Positions 1 to 11,296 of a stretch of 64,000 nt of DNA are shown in pieces. The translations under genes and the position numbers were made by a program. This DNA is from Phoronis australis (taxonomy: Eukaryota; Animalia; Phoronida). The notes beneath the pieces are model-generated. The model ran no database searches. It was not told the origin of the DNA and saw only the letters and a list, made by a program, of their open reading frames with translations. Location: positions 1-64,000 of the forward strand of contig NMRA01000862.1 in assembly GCA_002633005.1 (NCBI GenBank), in the 5' to 3' direction. The stretch's first letter is position 1; the number at the start of each line of letters is the position of its first letter.

Positions 1-3000
1 ACTGAAAAAATACCGTTGTTGCCAAGTGGTTTCGGGGTTTTGTAAAAACCTTAGATATAGAGACTTTGTGGTCCGGGCCGGTAATTTTATGCCCATAAAA
101 TGCTACCTACCCTGTAGCTAGCCATGATCTTGAGCAATAACGAACTCGGTGGGTGTCAGTTCTTCGACAGCACTGAAATGACCATTAATTTGATTAAGGA
201 ACAGTACGAGTATAATTACATTACGCAAGTGATCTACATAAAATGTTTTGTTAAATAAAATGTTTTGTGACCGAAAGCGCTAAGATATCTGTGGGGGTTG
301 CCCATCGTGAGAGTTGTGGTTAACCTTAATGCCATGTGGTACGGCTTATTCCTTTCAGTGAGTTAAATCTTGTTCAGTTACTGCAAGAAACCTTATACCG
401 GTATTATTTTGTTTATTGTGACGTCGAATGGGAAACTGTGGAGGCATGCTCTACTGCGTTTTACCACATGGCCTTGTACCATGACATGCTAAAAAATCCA
501 AAACAGAAATAAACACTATAAATTACAGCACTAAGTGTGTCACGGACTGCTGCTTCGTACCAAGATGACCTGAAGCCAACTGCGGAAAATGAACCTATTG
601 AGGTAATGTCGCTTTCAATGAGCGGGGGGACTGCTGTTCAACATGAACTCGCCCCATAATGCCCCATCTTCAAAAAGATGATGGAATTTGGAACGAAGTT
701 CGAGACACGTAGTTCTCAGTGGGTCCCTGGCTCCATTTAGTGTGTACTTCACGTCTTAATTTCGGCCAATAAGCGAACGTTTGCCAATCTCTATTTAACT
801 TTACTCAATGAATTTGCCCTCGAGACGGTCTGCGCTTGGAATGACGCGCTGTGACTGGACCCAAAGTTAAACCACGCGAACTGTCAAATCTTTTCTCGAA
901 TCCCTGAACTGATCGCCAATTAATTGAGGAATAATTCAAGACTTGTTTCGTAAACTTAAGTGGCCTAAATCATTTTTGTGATGGAAATCCGTGGATTCGC
1001 TGAAATGTTATTCAGTCCTTTTAGAGAAGTTTAAAAATTATCCTCAGTAATCAGTTTAACATTGGAAATGAACCTCGGGTAAAATCTCCCCGGCGTTCAA
1101 GATTTAGTAACACTATACTCTGTGAGCTCTCTCGTGTACGTAAGTTCAGTTACCCCCAGTTTCAGCAAGGAATCATACAGGTAAGTCCAATTTAGCTACT
1201 CAAAGTTGCCCGAGTAAGTCAAAACAGTCTGGTTACATTAGGCGTAGCTTCAATGAAACTTGAAAAATTGTAGTCTGGACTATATGACGCAACATGCATC
1301 ATTGAAAGCCACTTTGCGTCCGCTTTCCATCACAAAAAAAAATATTTAGACCACAGATAAAGAATTGGTCTCGTATTTTTCTTTTGACAAAATATCGACT
1401 TTTGGGACTTAGAAAGAATGAACTGATAAGTCGCCTTTTGCTTGAGGGCGCAATAGGTTCTACAAGATGACTAGTGTCACGGCGTGGTGTCAACGGTTTA
1501 GACTGAAGGAATACTACATGTGATAAACTATCATTTTCTTCCCCACACCTAAGACCTGCATTGGCGTAGTGGACTTAGAGTTCGGGGACAAACGTGGCGT
1601 CACTGAACCTTCAGTTTTCACGGCGGCTGTGACATCCACAGCGTTCAGTTAGCCATGGAGATTTCGCAAATATTTTTCATTGAATTAGTAGAGGATCACG
1701 CAGCCCTATGCTTCTCAATGTGTCCAGAGGCATAAGTCAAGTCAGTCATACAAGTTTTATATGATTGTTTTAATAAAAAACTTTAAAATTTCGAAAAATA
1801 TACCCTGTTTATAGGAAGGTGAAACATCAGCTGTACAAAGCAGTCCAAAATGGCATCTCAGGTCAACAGTTGTAACAATCTGTTTGACTGGCATACGACT
1901 TCCCAAACTATAGTTGATTTTGACACAACTTTTCTGATATTGCGAAGGGTGTGGGTCAATCATTTTGGGCCCTCCTGGGCCTTTACTAAGGTCGGGAAAA
2001 GTACGACACTTACATTGATAGAAAAGGAGAGACAAGACCAAAATAATTTTGGTCCCAAAAAGGACCCTTGGGTGAGTCTCTTGGGTGGCCACTGTGACCT
2101 TAATTAGATTGCTGATCAAGCTGTGCATCACTCCATGTTATACTCCTGTGGAGAGCAAACTCACACTTGTTTTTACTTTTTCCGCACGGACACTACCAGT
2201 TATTACAGGGTTTTGGCTGTCGACACACGCCCAAGTAGGGATTTTTTCAAGCAACGCCCCTAATTTAAGGACTGGGTCCCTAGATGTTTTGACTGATTTG
2301 AAAAGCTCAGTCAAAAGAAGAGTTCGTAAAAGGATAAAATGATAGAAAATATTAATTTCTGCATTTTTATCTACCTTTCATTTGCACCTTTTTAAAACTG
2401 CTTTACTTACTATGTGAGCCAAAAATGGACTATTTTGGGCCAAAATGTTGATGATGCTCTCTAAAAATATTCGCCCAAATAATTTGAAATAAAACCTTCT
2501 GAAAAAATCACCAGGATGTATGAACACGCATTTTTTCAAGATCTGAGTCGGTGATCCTAGAATAGACCACGTAGAACGGCAGTTAATAATGCTAAGAAAA
2601 TCCAGTTAAAGCGTACAAGGCAAATTTATCACCGTCAGTGAGTCCTCGTGAAACACTTTTTTCATATCTGAAATGCTCCACCATATGAAGGAATTTTCTT
2701 GCCCAAAATTTTCTTTCCTAGCCAACGTTTTCCCTGTTAACTACTACTGCCTCCCCCTCAACTCGCCTTACAGTTATACTTGTGCTATGTAAATAATCGC
2801 AGCACCCATAAGTGATCTGACACATGAATAAACCGCACAGTTGAAGTGAACTTAGAAGTCATCTATGAATGGGCTCCATTCCCCTCTTCCCCCGAAGGCC
2901 TTTTGTGATACTTTGGAGCCACATCAGGAACTCAGTGGGACTTCGCAACAGGTAACTATGGTGGGCGTGGCCTAACTGTGTTTGTCGGCACTCCCCATTG

Positions 3001-4785
3001 AGCGCTTCTAATAGAACAACGGGGAGTGAATGCGAGAAGCCTCTTGTCACGTGACTTTTGTATTTCCCGCCAATGAGATTCAACTGAATCTTGCTATTCT
3101 CTGGCGTAACACAAAACCACTGCTGTTTGAAACATGAGAGACGGGCGATTACTACTGCGATATACGAAACCTTCAGTTGATTACTACTAGTACTACTACT
3201 ACGAGACCTATATATATATTGTGAAACCTTTATTATTACTACTACTAAGAAATCTATAAAATATATTGTGAGGAGTGCCTGAACAAGTGAGAATGCCTTT
3301 CATAGATTACCTTAACAGCTTCTGTGGATCCATCACCCAGTAAGTACTCTACTTTTATAACATGTATTAAGTTGACGTTATGTTGTTTCGAAAACGGTTA
3401 TCAGGCAAACACCGATAATTGACAGCAAAATGCATAACGACGCAGGCCATATGCTTGGGGGTATTTGGGATGTGCCTTTCTCTTGACGGGATTTTCTTAT
3501 CACTATTAAGTTTTGTTGTCAATTCCTTCGGTAACTATGAAGATCGGATGAGCCTTTTAATGTTTTTAAACCCCGAACGCTTCGGAATCCAACATTAATG
3601 GCTAAATGTTGGCGTTAGCTTTAAAATATAACGTGTTAGTTAATTATCGCTGAGTTGTTGAAACGGCAGTTCTTTTTCAAAATATTTACTAGCTTGAGGT
3701 CCCGCAAAATGTCAATGGTTTACATATTTTGGTAGGACTTCGATCATCGCAAAACGTGAACCAACACAGTAGTTTTCAAGTGTTAGTTTTTACACCGCCG
3801 TAATGGAAACCATCGTGAAAACCACATTTAGAATACATGTTATCGCTCGTGAGCATTCTAGAGGTTTAAATAATCCTTTGTGACTAAAGTTTAAACGAGA
3901 CATGACGACTGTTGGACTATACGTCAGTGCTAAAAGAAGAATTAATCCGGGGCTCTCAAGTCCAAAATACACGAAAGACTAGGCAAAAATGCAGAAAATG
4001 ACGTCTGCTCAAACTTTTTGTAGAGTAAAAACAAGAATTAATTCAACAATAATAAAGTCTCTGATAATAGATTCCGCGATGATTTAAATTAAGGCTAAAA
4101 AGGCCAAGCAGAACAAAATCTTGAATGGGCAAAAATGTTTAAATTCATCACGTCACGACGATAACTTATGATTTAAATCATCCTCTGCCATTGGTGCAAT
4201 CGTATGAATGGGATGCTAATGGTAGTAAGTGTCAGTGAAAATTTCTTATGATCATGCCGTAGACAATTTTTATTTTCACTGAAACCTGATCCGGAACCCT
4301 AAACATCTCAAAATGCCGTTGTTTGAAACCAATTGTTGTTTTTATAGTTTCTTCTGTCTTACTAAGGTTTTACTTTTTCGCCGGCATACTTGCTCCGCAA
4401 TAGTCAAGTTGTTTGGAAAAGCGCACAGGGTGATACCTAGTAACGAGCACATACTATTGATAAAACAGTTGCTCTCAAACGTTCAGAATCTCTTCGAACT
4501 TTGTATCACCCCATAGCTAAGAGGCTATCGAAACCTGGCGGGAACTGAGAACTAAGACCCGGCCACGCTGAACTTCCGTCACTGAGCCACAGCCGGCGGA
4601 AAAATAAGACTTCCATACTGGCTAATCTCTCTATAGACCGCTGGGCACAGAGATCACCACACTTAAATTTATTACCAATTTTCTACTCACTGTACTAGAA
4701 TTTTTTTCAAGAAGCCCGCGGCTATCGTTTCATTTGGACACATGCTGTAGCTCATGGTTTGGACCTCAACCTTTCCCGGATACCA

Positions 4786-4925
4786 AGGTAGCGTTCAATA
4801 ACGCTAGGGCCAGTATAGGGGACTCACTAAAAAGTAAAACTTCGCGAGGTTACGTGAGATGTTATCATGAATTTTAACTTAGAACACTCGATTTTGGCTA
4901 GATTTTCAGCAGCAACTAAGGTCCG
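4786..4925. mobile_element. MITE copy (PIF/Harbinger-like family, copy 1 of 3, inverted and degenerate)
   Basis: Begins gcgttcaataacgctagggcc; internal ttcgcgaggttacgtgagatgtt...ttggctagatttt is the reverse complement of the interior of the copies at 49291 and 57869. Confidence 0.55.
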
Positions 4926-4987
4926 AGCTTTAAATCACCTGAACCCGGATGTGAACGATTTTCAAAACTTGAAAGATGGCGCCCCAC

Positions 4988-5028
4988 GTGGCACCATAGA
5001 CTATAGATACTAATATCTATGGTGGCAC
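4988..5028. mobile_element. 27-bp CATAG...CTATG element with 7-bp target-site duplication (P-element-like footprint)
   Basis: gtggcac | catagactatagatactaatatctatg | gtggcac; inverted termini CATAGA/TCTATG. Confidence 0.55.
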
Positions 5029-5189
5029 AGAATATCGTTGGGTACACGCTATAACGATTTTAAAAATGTATCTGGGTCATATAGAACACACATTCTTGAA
5101 TACATGGTGTCCGTTTGTCCTGCCCGTCCCCACTATACTAAAGGGTATCACACCACTGAGCCCGCTAAAACAAGTCACGCCGCAGGTGT

Positions 5190-5313
5190 CGCGTGAAATT
5201 TCTTCCCCGTGAAATTTCTTCCCACTCTGACCCTTTTGCGCATCCGCGGTATTGAGGGGAAGTTATTTCACGTCTAAGGCATGAAATTTCTTCCCCCGTG
5301 AAATTTCTTCCCA
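5190..5313. repeat. Clustered GTGAAATTTCTTCCC motifs (MULE-type terminal repeat remnant)
   Basis: Four direct copies of (g/a)tgaaatttcttccc plus one inverted degenerate copy (ggggaagttatttcac). Confidence 0.45.
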
Positions 5314-6925
5314 AATGAAGAAGGCAAAGCACAGCTGTAAAATAAGCCTAAAAATATAAATTCACTACGTGTGTGATAATGTAACGATTTTAGTCAATTG
5401 CCATTGTTATGTTAGACATTGGTAAATGAATTATAATTAGATTTACTTCAATTCAGTCGCCGGTCAGCCTAGGCTTGCGCACGGATGGCCTATACTTTGC
5501 GGGTTGTGAGCTTTTGTTTGTTTTATTGTACTCTGTAAACTGTATTATGAGCTAATATTACTTATGTTAATAAACCTGTCACCCTCTGTCTCGCTCTCTC
5601 TGTCTCTTTCTCTCTACTTGCGTGGAGGAATCCAGTTAGCTAGGTAGGATCGTGCCCCTGCTGCCGTGGAGTGCATCCGGACCGGGGAGTCCTCTGTTGA
5701 AAGGCAAATTAGTAAAAAGCTCTTTCAAAAAAGTGACATTCTGTAGACTATATACTTATAATTGATTCATAAGATTAAAATATTTCTGAATTTCATTTCC
5801 TGGCCTGGGCGTCGCCCGACCTTAGGCCCGTCGCGGTGAAGACGCTCTTCGATCGTCGTCAGGCTCCGATCTGAGTGTTCTTTTTCGCTTGTACTGAATT
5901 TCCTTCAAGAATATGTTAGAAATACTCGAATGGGTAAAAATACTCGGTTGGGTGTATTGCCAGTAAGGCATTATCATTTGTTGTGGTACGTAATAAGTTA
6001 AAATAATCGACGCCCACCTGTATGACCGAAGGCGATGATCCCGGAGAACTGAAAAAGGTGTCCTGTGTGAAATAGCGTTCCTACATCATCAAACGCATCT
6101 TTCAAAAAAGTCTTACAAAAATGTACACTAAAAGAAAACACAGAAATTGGAAACCTTGTTTTTTCCAGGAAATTCAGTTCATAAGATTCGGAAAAAGGGA
6201 AATTTTCAAAATCGGTTTAGTGAGGAAAGCTCCAGCAAGCGAAATTCAGCGAGAATCAGGAAACGTATTAAAAACTCTAAGATCATTTTACAAAATCACA
6301 CGCCGTGGGAAAAATGGACCATCAATGTAGTAAAATATTTACACTTTCTTGCTAAGGAAACTGAATTCACAGATTAAAAATCTTTGAATGCGCCCTGAGC
6401 GCGTGGAGCGCTCCGAAAATGAAGCCGGAGATCAATCCTTGATAAACAAGACTATTTTAGTCTGTTATATTCCATAGTGTTGTAAATCAAGGAACTTGCA
6501 AATATATGTGTAGTAGGAATTACTTACTTCATGCGGGAACAAGACGAACGAGTATCCTGCGTGAATTGAAATAAGGTGCACATCAAACCATATAACAGTT
6601 TTCAATTCGTAGGCCTATCAAAAATGTCTTGACAATTCGCAAAAAGTAAAAATGTCCAAGAAAATTATTTCTTGACCAAAGAAATTGAAGGCCTTGGTAT
6701 CTTTAGCAAAACTTGAGAATACAGTTCCCTATTTTTAATTAAACGTTTTTGAAAAATCGCAAAAAATGTCAAACTGAAAATAATTCAACGTATTCGAAAT
6801 GCGATTTTATTCTGGCTGGCACCAGAGAGACTGGAACTGACGCTTGTTTTTTTTTATACACCGAAGGCACACTGGCCTACTCTTTACGTATATACGGGTG
6901 TGTGTGTGTGAGTGTATATTTAAAC

Positions 6926-7173
6926 ACTGCACTATTACAGACCCCTAAATTAGTGATATTCCATCGATTTTGGATTAATATTTAATGTTTCCCACTTATT
7001 TTCGGGTTACCAATCCAGTTTAAACATGTCCTTCAAGGAATTATCTCAGTACTGCTTTATTACAGGGCCCAACATTAGTGATATTCCATCGATTTTGGTT
7101 TAATATTTAATGTCTCCCACTTATTTTTGGGTTATCAATGCAGTTTAAACATGCGCCTCAAGGAATTATCTCA
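6926..7173. repeat. Tandem duplication, 125-bp unit x2
   Basis: actgc...attagtgatattccatcgattttgg...aaggaattatctca starts at 6926 and again at 7051. Confidence 0.9.
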
Positions 7174-7529
7174 ATGCATTTGCCAATTTATATACATCAC
7201 TGTAAAGATAACTGATTTTTCTAAGCCCAGAATTCTTTGTAGGCCCATAAATGAAATGAACCTTACCTGAAAATGTTGTGTGACATAATTGAAGTTGAAG
7301 AATTACTATGCCCTCAATTTTCTGTGTGGAGGTTAAGTTCATTCATCAAAGAATCCCAATCAAACGTTTAAATTACCTATATATTTATTGGTTGGCAGTG
7401 AAACATGCACAGACAAGTTTTCATTTACTAAGAACATATTTTACAAGAAAACAGGTGTTCTATAACTTGATAAAATATGCAAGCCAAAAACCTAGCATAG
7501 GAGTCACAGTTAGAATTTTTCTAAAAACT

Positions 7530-9420
7530 TAGACCAAAATCGATTTCAAAATCTCCCAATTTTATAGCACATCTACGAAACTTGTAACAATACATACTCA
7601 CCATATCTAATCAAAGTCTTGAAGATAAAAACGCATGGTCTTTAACTTGGTTAACTATGAGAAGCAAAAAGCTAGCCTGACTGCGGCCAAAAATGGAATT
7701 CGCACAAATTTTTCTACATTCTCAAACCAAAATCGCCTTCAAAATCTACAATTTTTGGAGCACATCTGAGAAAGTTACTAAAGTATATATTCATCATGTC
7801 TAATGAAAATCTTTAAAACAAAAACACATGTTCCTTAACTTGATTACCTTTGAGAGTCAAAAAACTAACATCACTTAAGCCGATAATGAAATTCGAAAAA
7901 TTTTTTAGTACATACTAAAAACAAAATCGCCTTCAAAATCTACAATTTGTGGAGCACATCTGCGAAAGTTGGTAAAGTATATATTCATCATGCCTAATGA
8001 AAATCTTGAAGACAAAAACACATGGTCTTTAACTTGATTAACTGTGAGAAGCAAACAGCAAGCATGACAGGGGCCAATAATGAAATTCGCACAAATTTTA
8101 CTATATATTCAAATCAAAATCTCTTAAAATCTACAATTTTTGGAGCATATCTGCGAAAAATTTTACAGTGCATATTCATCATGTTTAATGAAAGTCTTTG
8201 AGACAAAACCACATGTTCCTTAACTTGATTACCTTTGAGAGCCAAAAAACTAACATCACTGAGGCCGGCACTGAAATTCGCACAAATTTTAGTACATACT
8301 CAAAACAAAATCGCCTTCAAAATCTACAATTTGTGGAACACATCTGCGAAAGTTTGTAAAGTATATATTCATAATGTCTAATGAAAATCTTGAGGACAAA
8401 AACACCTGGTCTTTAACATGGTTAACTGTGAGAAGCAAAAAGCTAGCATGACTGAAGCCAATAATGAAATTTGCACAAATTTTACTACATAATCAAACCA
8501 AAATCGCCTTCAAAATCTACAAATGCTGCAGCACTTCTGCAAAAGTTGGTAAAGTACATATTCATCATGTCTAATGAAAATCTTGAAGACAAAAACACAT
8601 GGTCCTTAACTTAGTTAACAGTGAAAAGCAAAAAGCTAGCATGACTGGGGCCAATAATGAAATTCGCACAAATTTTAGTACATACTCAAAACAGAATCGC
8701 CTTCAAAATCTACAATTTTTGCAGCACATCTGCGAAAGTTGATACAGTACATATTCATCATGTCTAATAACAATATGGAAGACAAAAACACATGGTCTTT
8801 ACCTTGGTTAACTGAGAGAAGCAAAAAGCTAGCATGACTGGGGCCAACACTGAAATTCGCACAAATTTTACTACATACTCAAACCAAAATCTCCTTCAAA
8901 ATCTACAATTTTTGCAGCACATCTGCGAAAGTTGGTACAGTACATATTCATCATGTCTAATAAAAATCTGGAAGACTAAAACACATGTTCCTTAACCTGA
9001 TTACCTTTGAGAGCCCAAAAACTAACATCACTTAAGCCGATAACGAAATTTGCAAAAATTTTACAATATATTCAAACCAAAATCACTTTCAAAATCAACA
9101 ATTACTAGAGCGCATATGCGAAACTTGAAACAGATCATGTTCAAATTGTCTAATGAAAGCCTTGAAGACAAAAAGCAAATAATCCTGAACTTGGTTATCT
9201 GTGAGAAGCAAAAAGCTAGCATAACTGAGGGCGCAATTGAATCCAAAAAGTATTCCAATACGCAACTGCTTTCAAAATCTACAACTCTGGGAGTCTATAA
9301 AACTGTACAGAATATTTTTCTCAAAGTGTATTGAAAAATTAGGGACTATACATACATGTTTTCTTATTTTATTATATACAAGAGCCAAAAAACTGGCATT
9401 GTTAGGTAGCAGTTTGAAAA
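7530..9420. repeat. Tandem satellite/minisatellite, ~192-bp unit, ~10 copies
   Basis: Anchor motif aaaatcgccttcaaaatctacaattt recurs at about 7537, 7730, 7923, 8115, 8306, 8499, 8692, 8885, 9077 and 9265; the outer units are more diverged. Confidence 0.95.
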
Positions 9421-9539
9421 CACCAGAAGCGTGTGTGTTGTAACCTTGAAGATGACTTGTCCATACAACAACGCAGCTGGAAACAAAAAAAATCAGAAGT
9501 TAAACAGTACACAAGAAATCAGCATAATATCTTGTTATG

Positions 9540-10643
9540 AATTTCTGATAATGGAACAACTTCACAATTCTCTTGAAAGAGTCAAAAGATTGCTCGTCAA
9601 CAATTGCTAACGTCTAGTAGAGCATTTCACTTTAACATGTGAGGAAATTTTCAAAAAACATCCACAAAATTCACGATTTTGAATGATATACGTGATGGAA
9701 AACTCTGCTGTTTCCACAGAATTTCTAATGTCCGTCAAACTTATGACAAATGCACGCATCCGCTTCCAGTCAGTTTCTTCAAGTTGCTTGAGATCAAGAT
9801 CACAGCCCCAAGTACATCATTTACCGATTCCAATCGGCCATTTTCACAAACTGTTTTCCTCCCACTAATTTCCCAGAATGTAGACTTTTAATGCGTCATC
9901 AAGAAATCAATTTCGTACCAGAAACTAAATCTAAAATCTATCTTATCTAGGTATGCACCAGCAACTCCTAAATGCACACACAAATAAGGAAATTGTATCA
10001 TCAAAGCTGTCGGTAAAAGGTATTGGTTAGTTATAGTCAGAATTAATCTCACCTATTATTTTTTACTCCAAGTATGATGGTAAGACAGTGACAAATTTAT
10101 GCAGGTGTGTAGTATAACGCCTAGACACACACATCAAACTGCCATAAAAAGTTTGCAGTATTTTGTTGGACATTAAACCGACATGTAGGTATAGGAACAT
10201 CTTTGCATTTGAATCCAAGATGTCTGCTGCGCTGAAGTACCTGCTGTGTGCAGATGACATGGACAATGTTGCGTGGACACGACATTACAACTGCATGATG
10301 GATGAAGCTACAGCCTATCAAAAAAATTCACATGCATAAATACAAATAATAGATATTCACACATACCTTGATGGTCAAAAAAGTTGGTGGTGTAACTCAT
10401 TAAAACACATGTATAACAAAAGCACATAATTAAAACTACTTCATTCATCATTATCAGTCAGATGTTTCATTTCGATTGCTGTAAAATCGCGGGTACCTTT
10501 CTGTGTTAATACCCAGCCTGTCAGTGACATTCGAACCAAGCAGTTATAGCAGGCCGATATGCTTGTTTCCAATCCACCATTTGACTTTGGGAAAACTGAC
10601 CAGGCCATCTGGCAACTCCTCACCTCTCAGCATTTGAATCATT
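9540..10643 (-). pseudogene. Possible highly degenerate hAT-superfamily transposase C-terminal relic
   Basis: Minus-strand fragments VKWWIGNKH, SAHSRYFSAA..AKMFLY and WKRMRAFVISLTDIRNSVETAE loosely resemble hAT C-terminal motifs; many stops and frameshifts; truncated by the gap. Confidence 0.3.
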
Positions 10644-11296
10644 NNNNNNNNNNNNNNNNNNNNNNNNNNNNNNNNNNNNNNNNNNNNNNNNNNNNNNNNN
10701 NNNNNNNNNNNNNNNNNNNNNNNNNNNNNNNNNNNNNNNNNNNNNNNNNNNNNNNNNNNNNNNNNNNNNNNNNNNNNNNNNNNNNNNNNNNNNNNNNNNN
10801 NNNNNNNNNNNNNNNNNNNNNNNNNNNNNNNNNNNNNNNNNNNNNNNNNNNNNNNNNNNNNNNNNNNNNNNNNNNNNNNNNNNNNNNNNNNNNNNNNNNN
10901 NNNNNNNNNNNNNNNNNNNNNNNNNNNNNNNNNNNNNNNNNNNNNNNNNNNNNNNNNNNNNNNNNNNNNNNNNNNNNNNNNNNNNNNNNNNNNNNNNNNN
11001 NNNNNNNNNNNNNNNNNNNNNNNNNNNNNNNNNNNNNNNNNNNNNNNNNNNNNNNNNNNNNNNNNNNNNNNNNNNNNNNNNNNNNNNNNNNNNNNNNNNN
11101 NNNNNNNNNNNNNNNNNNNNNNNNNNNNNNNNNNNNNNNNNNNNNNNNNNNNNNNNNNNNNNNNNNNNNNNNNNNNNNNNNNNNNNNNNNNNNNNNNNNN
11201 NNNNNNNNNNNNNNNNNNNNNNNNNNNNNNNNNNNNNNNNNNNNNNNNNNNNNNNNNNNNNNNNNNNNNNNNNNNNNNNNNNNNNNNNNNNNNNNN
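10644..11296. other. Assembly gap
   Basis: Run of N. Confidence 1.

Noticed and set aside
1757-2342. Cluster of overlapping 85-124 aa ORFs
   Set aside because: No recognisable motifs on either strand; possibly a decayed TE interior but unassignable.
7530-9420. CRISPR-like or coding interpretation of the regular array (ORFs 9050-9443)
   Set aside because: The whole 192-bp unit repeats with no unique spacers, the context is eukaryotic and no cas genes are present; the ORFs are chance read-through of repeat units.
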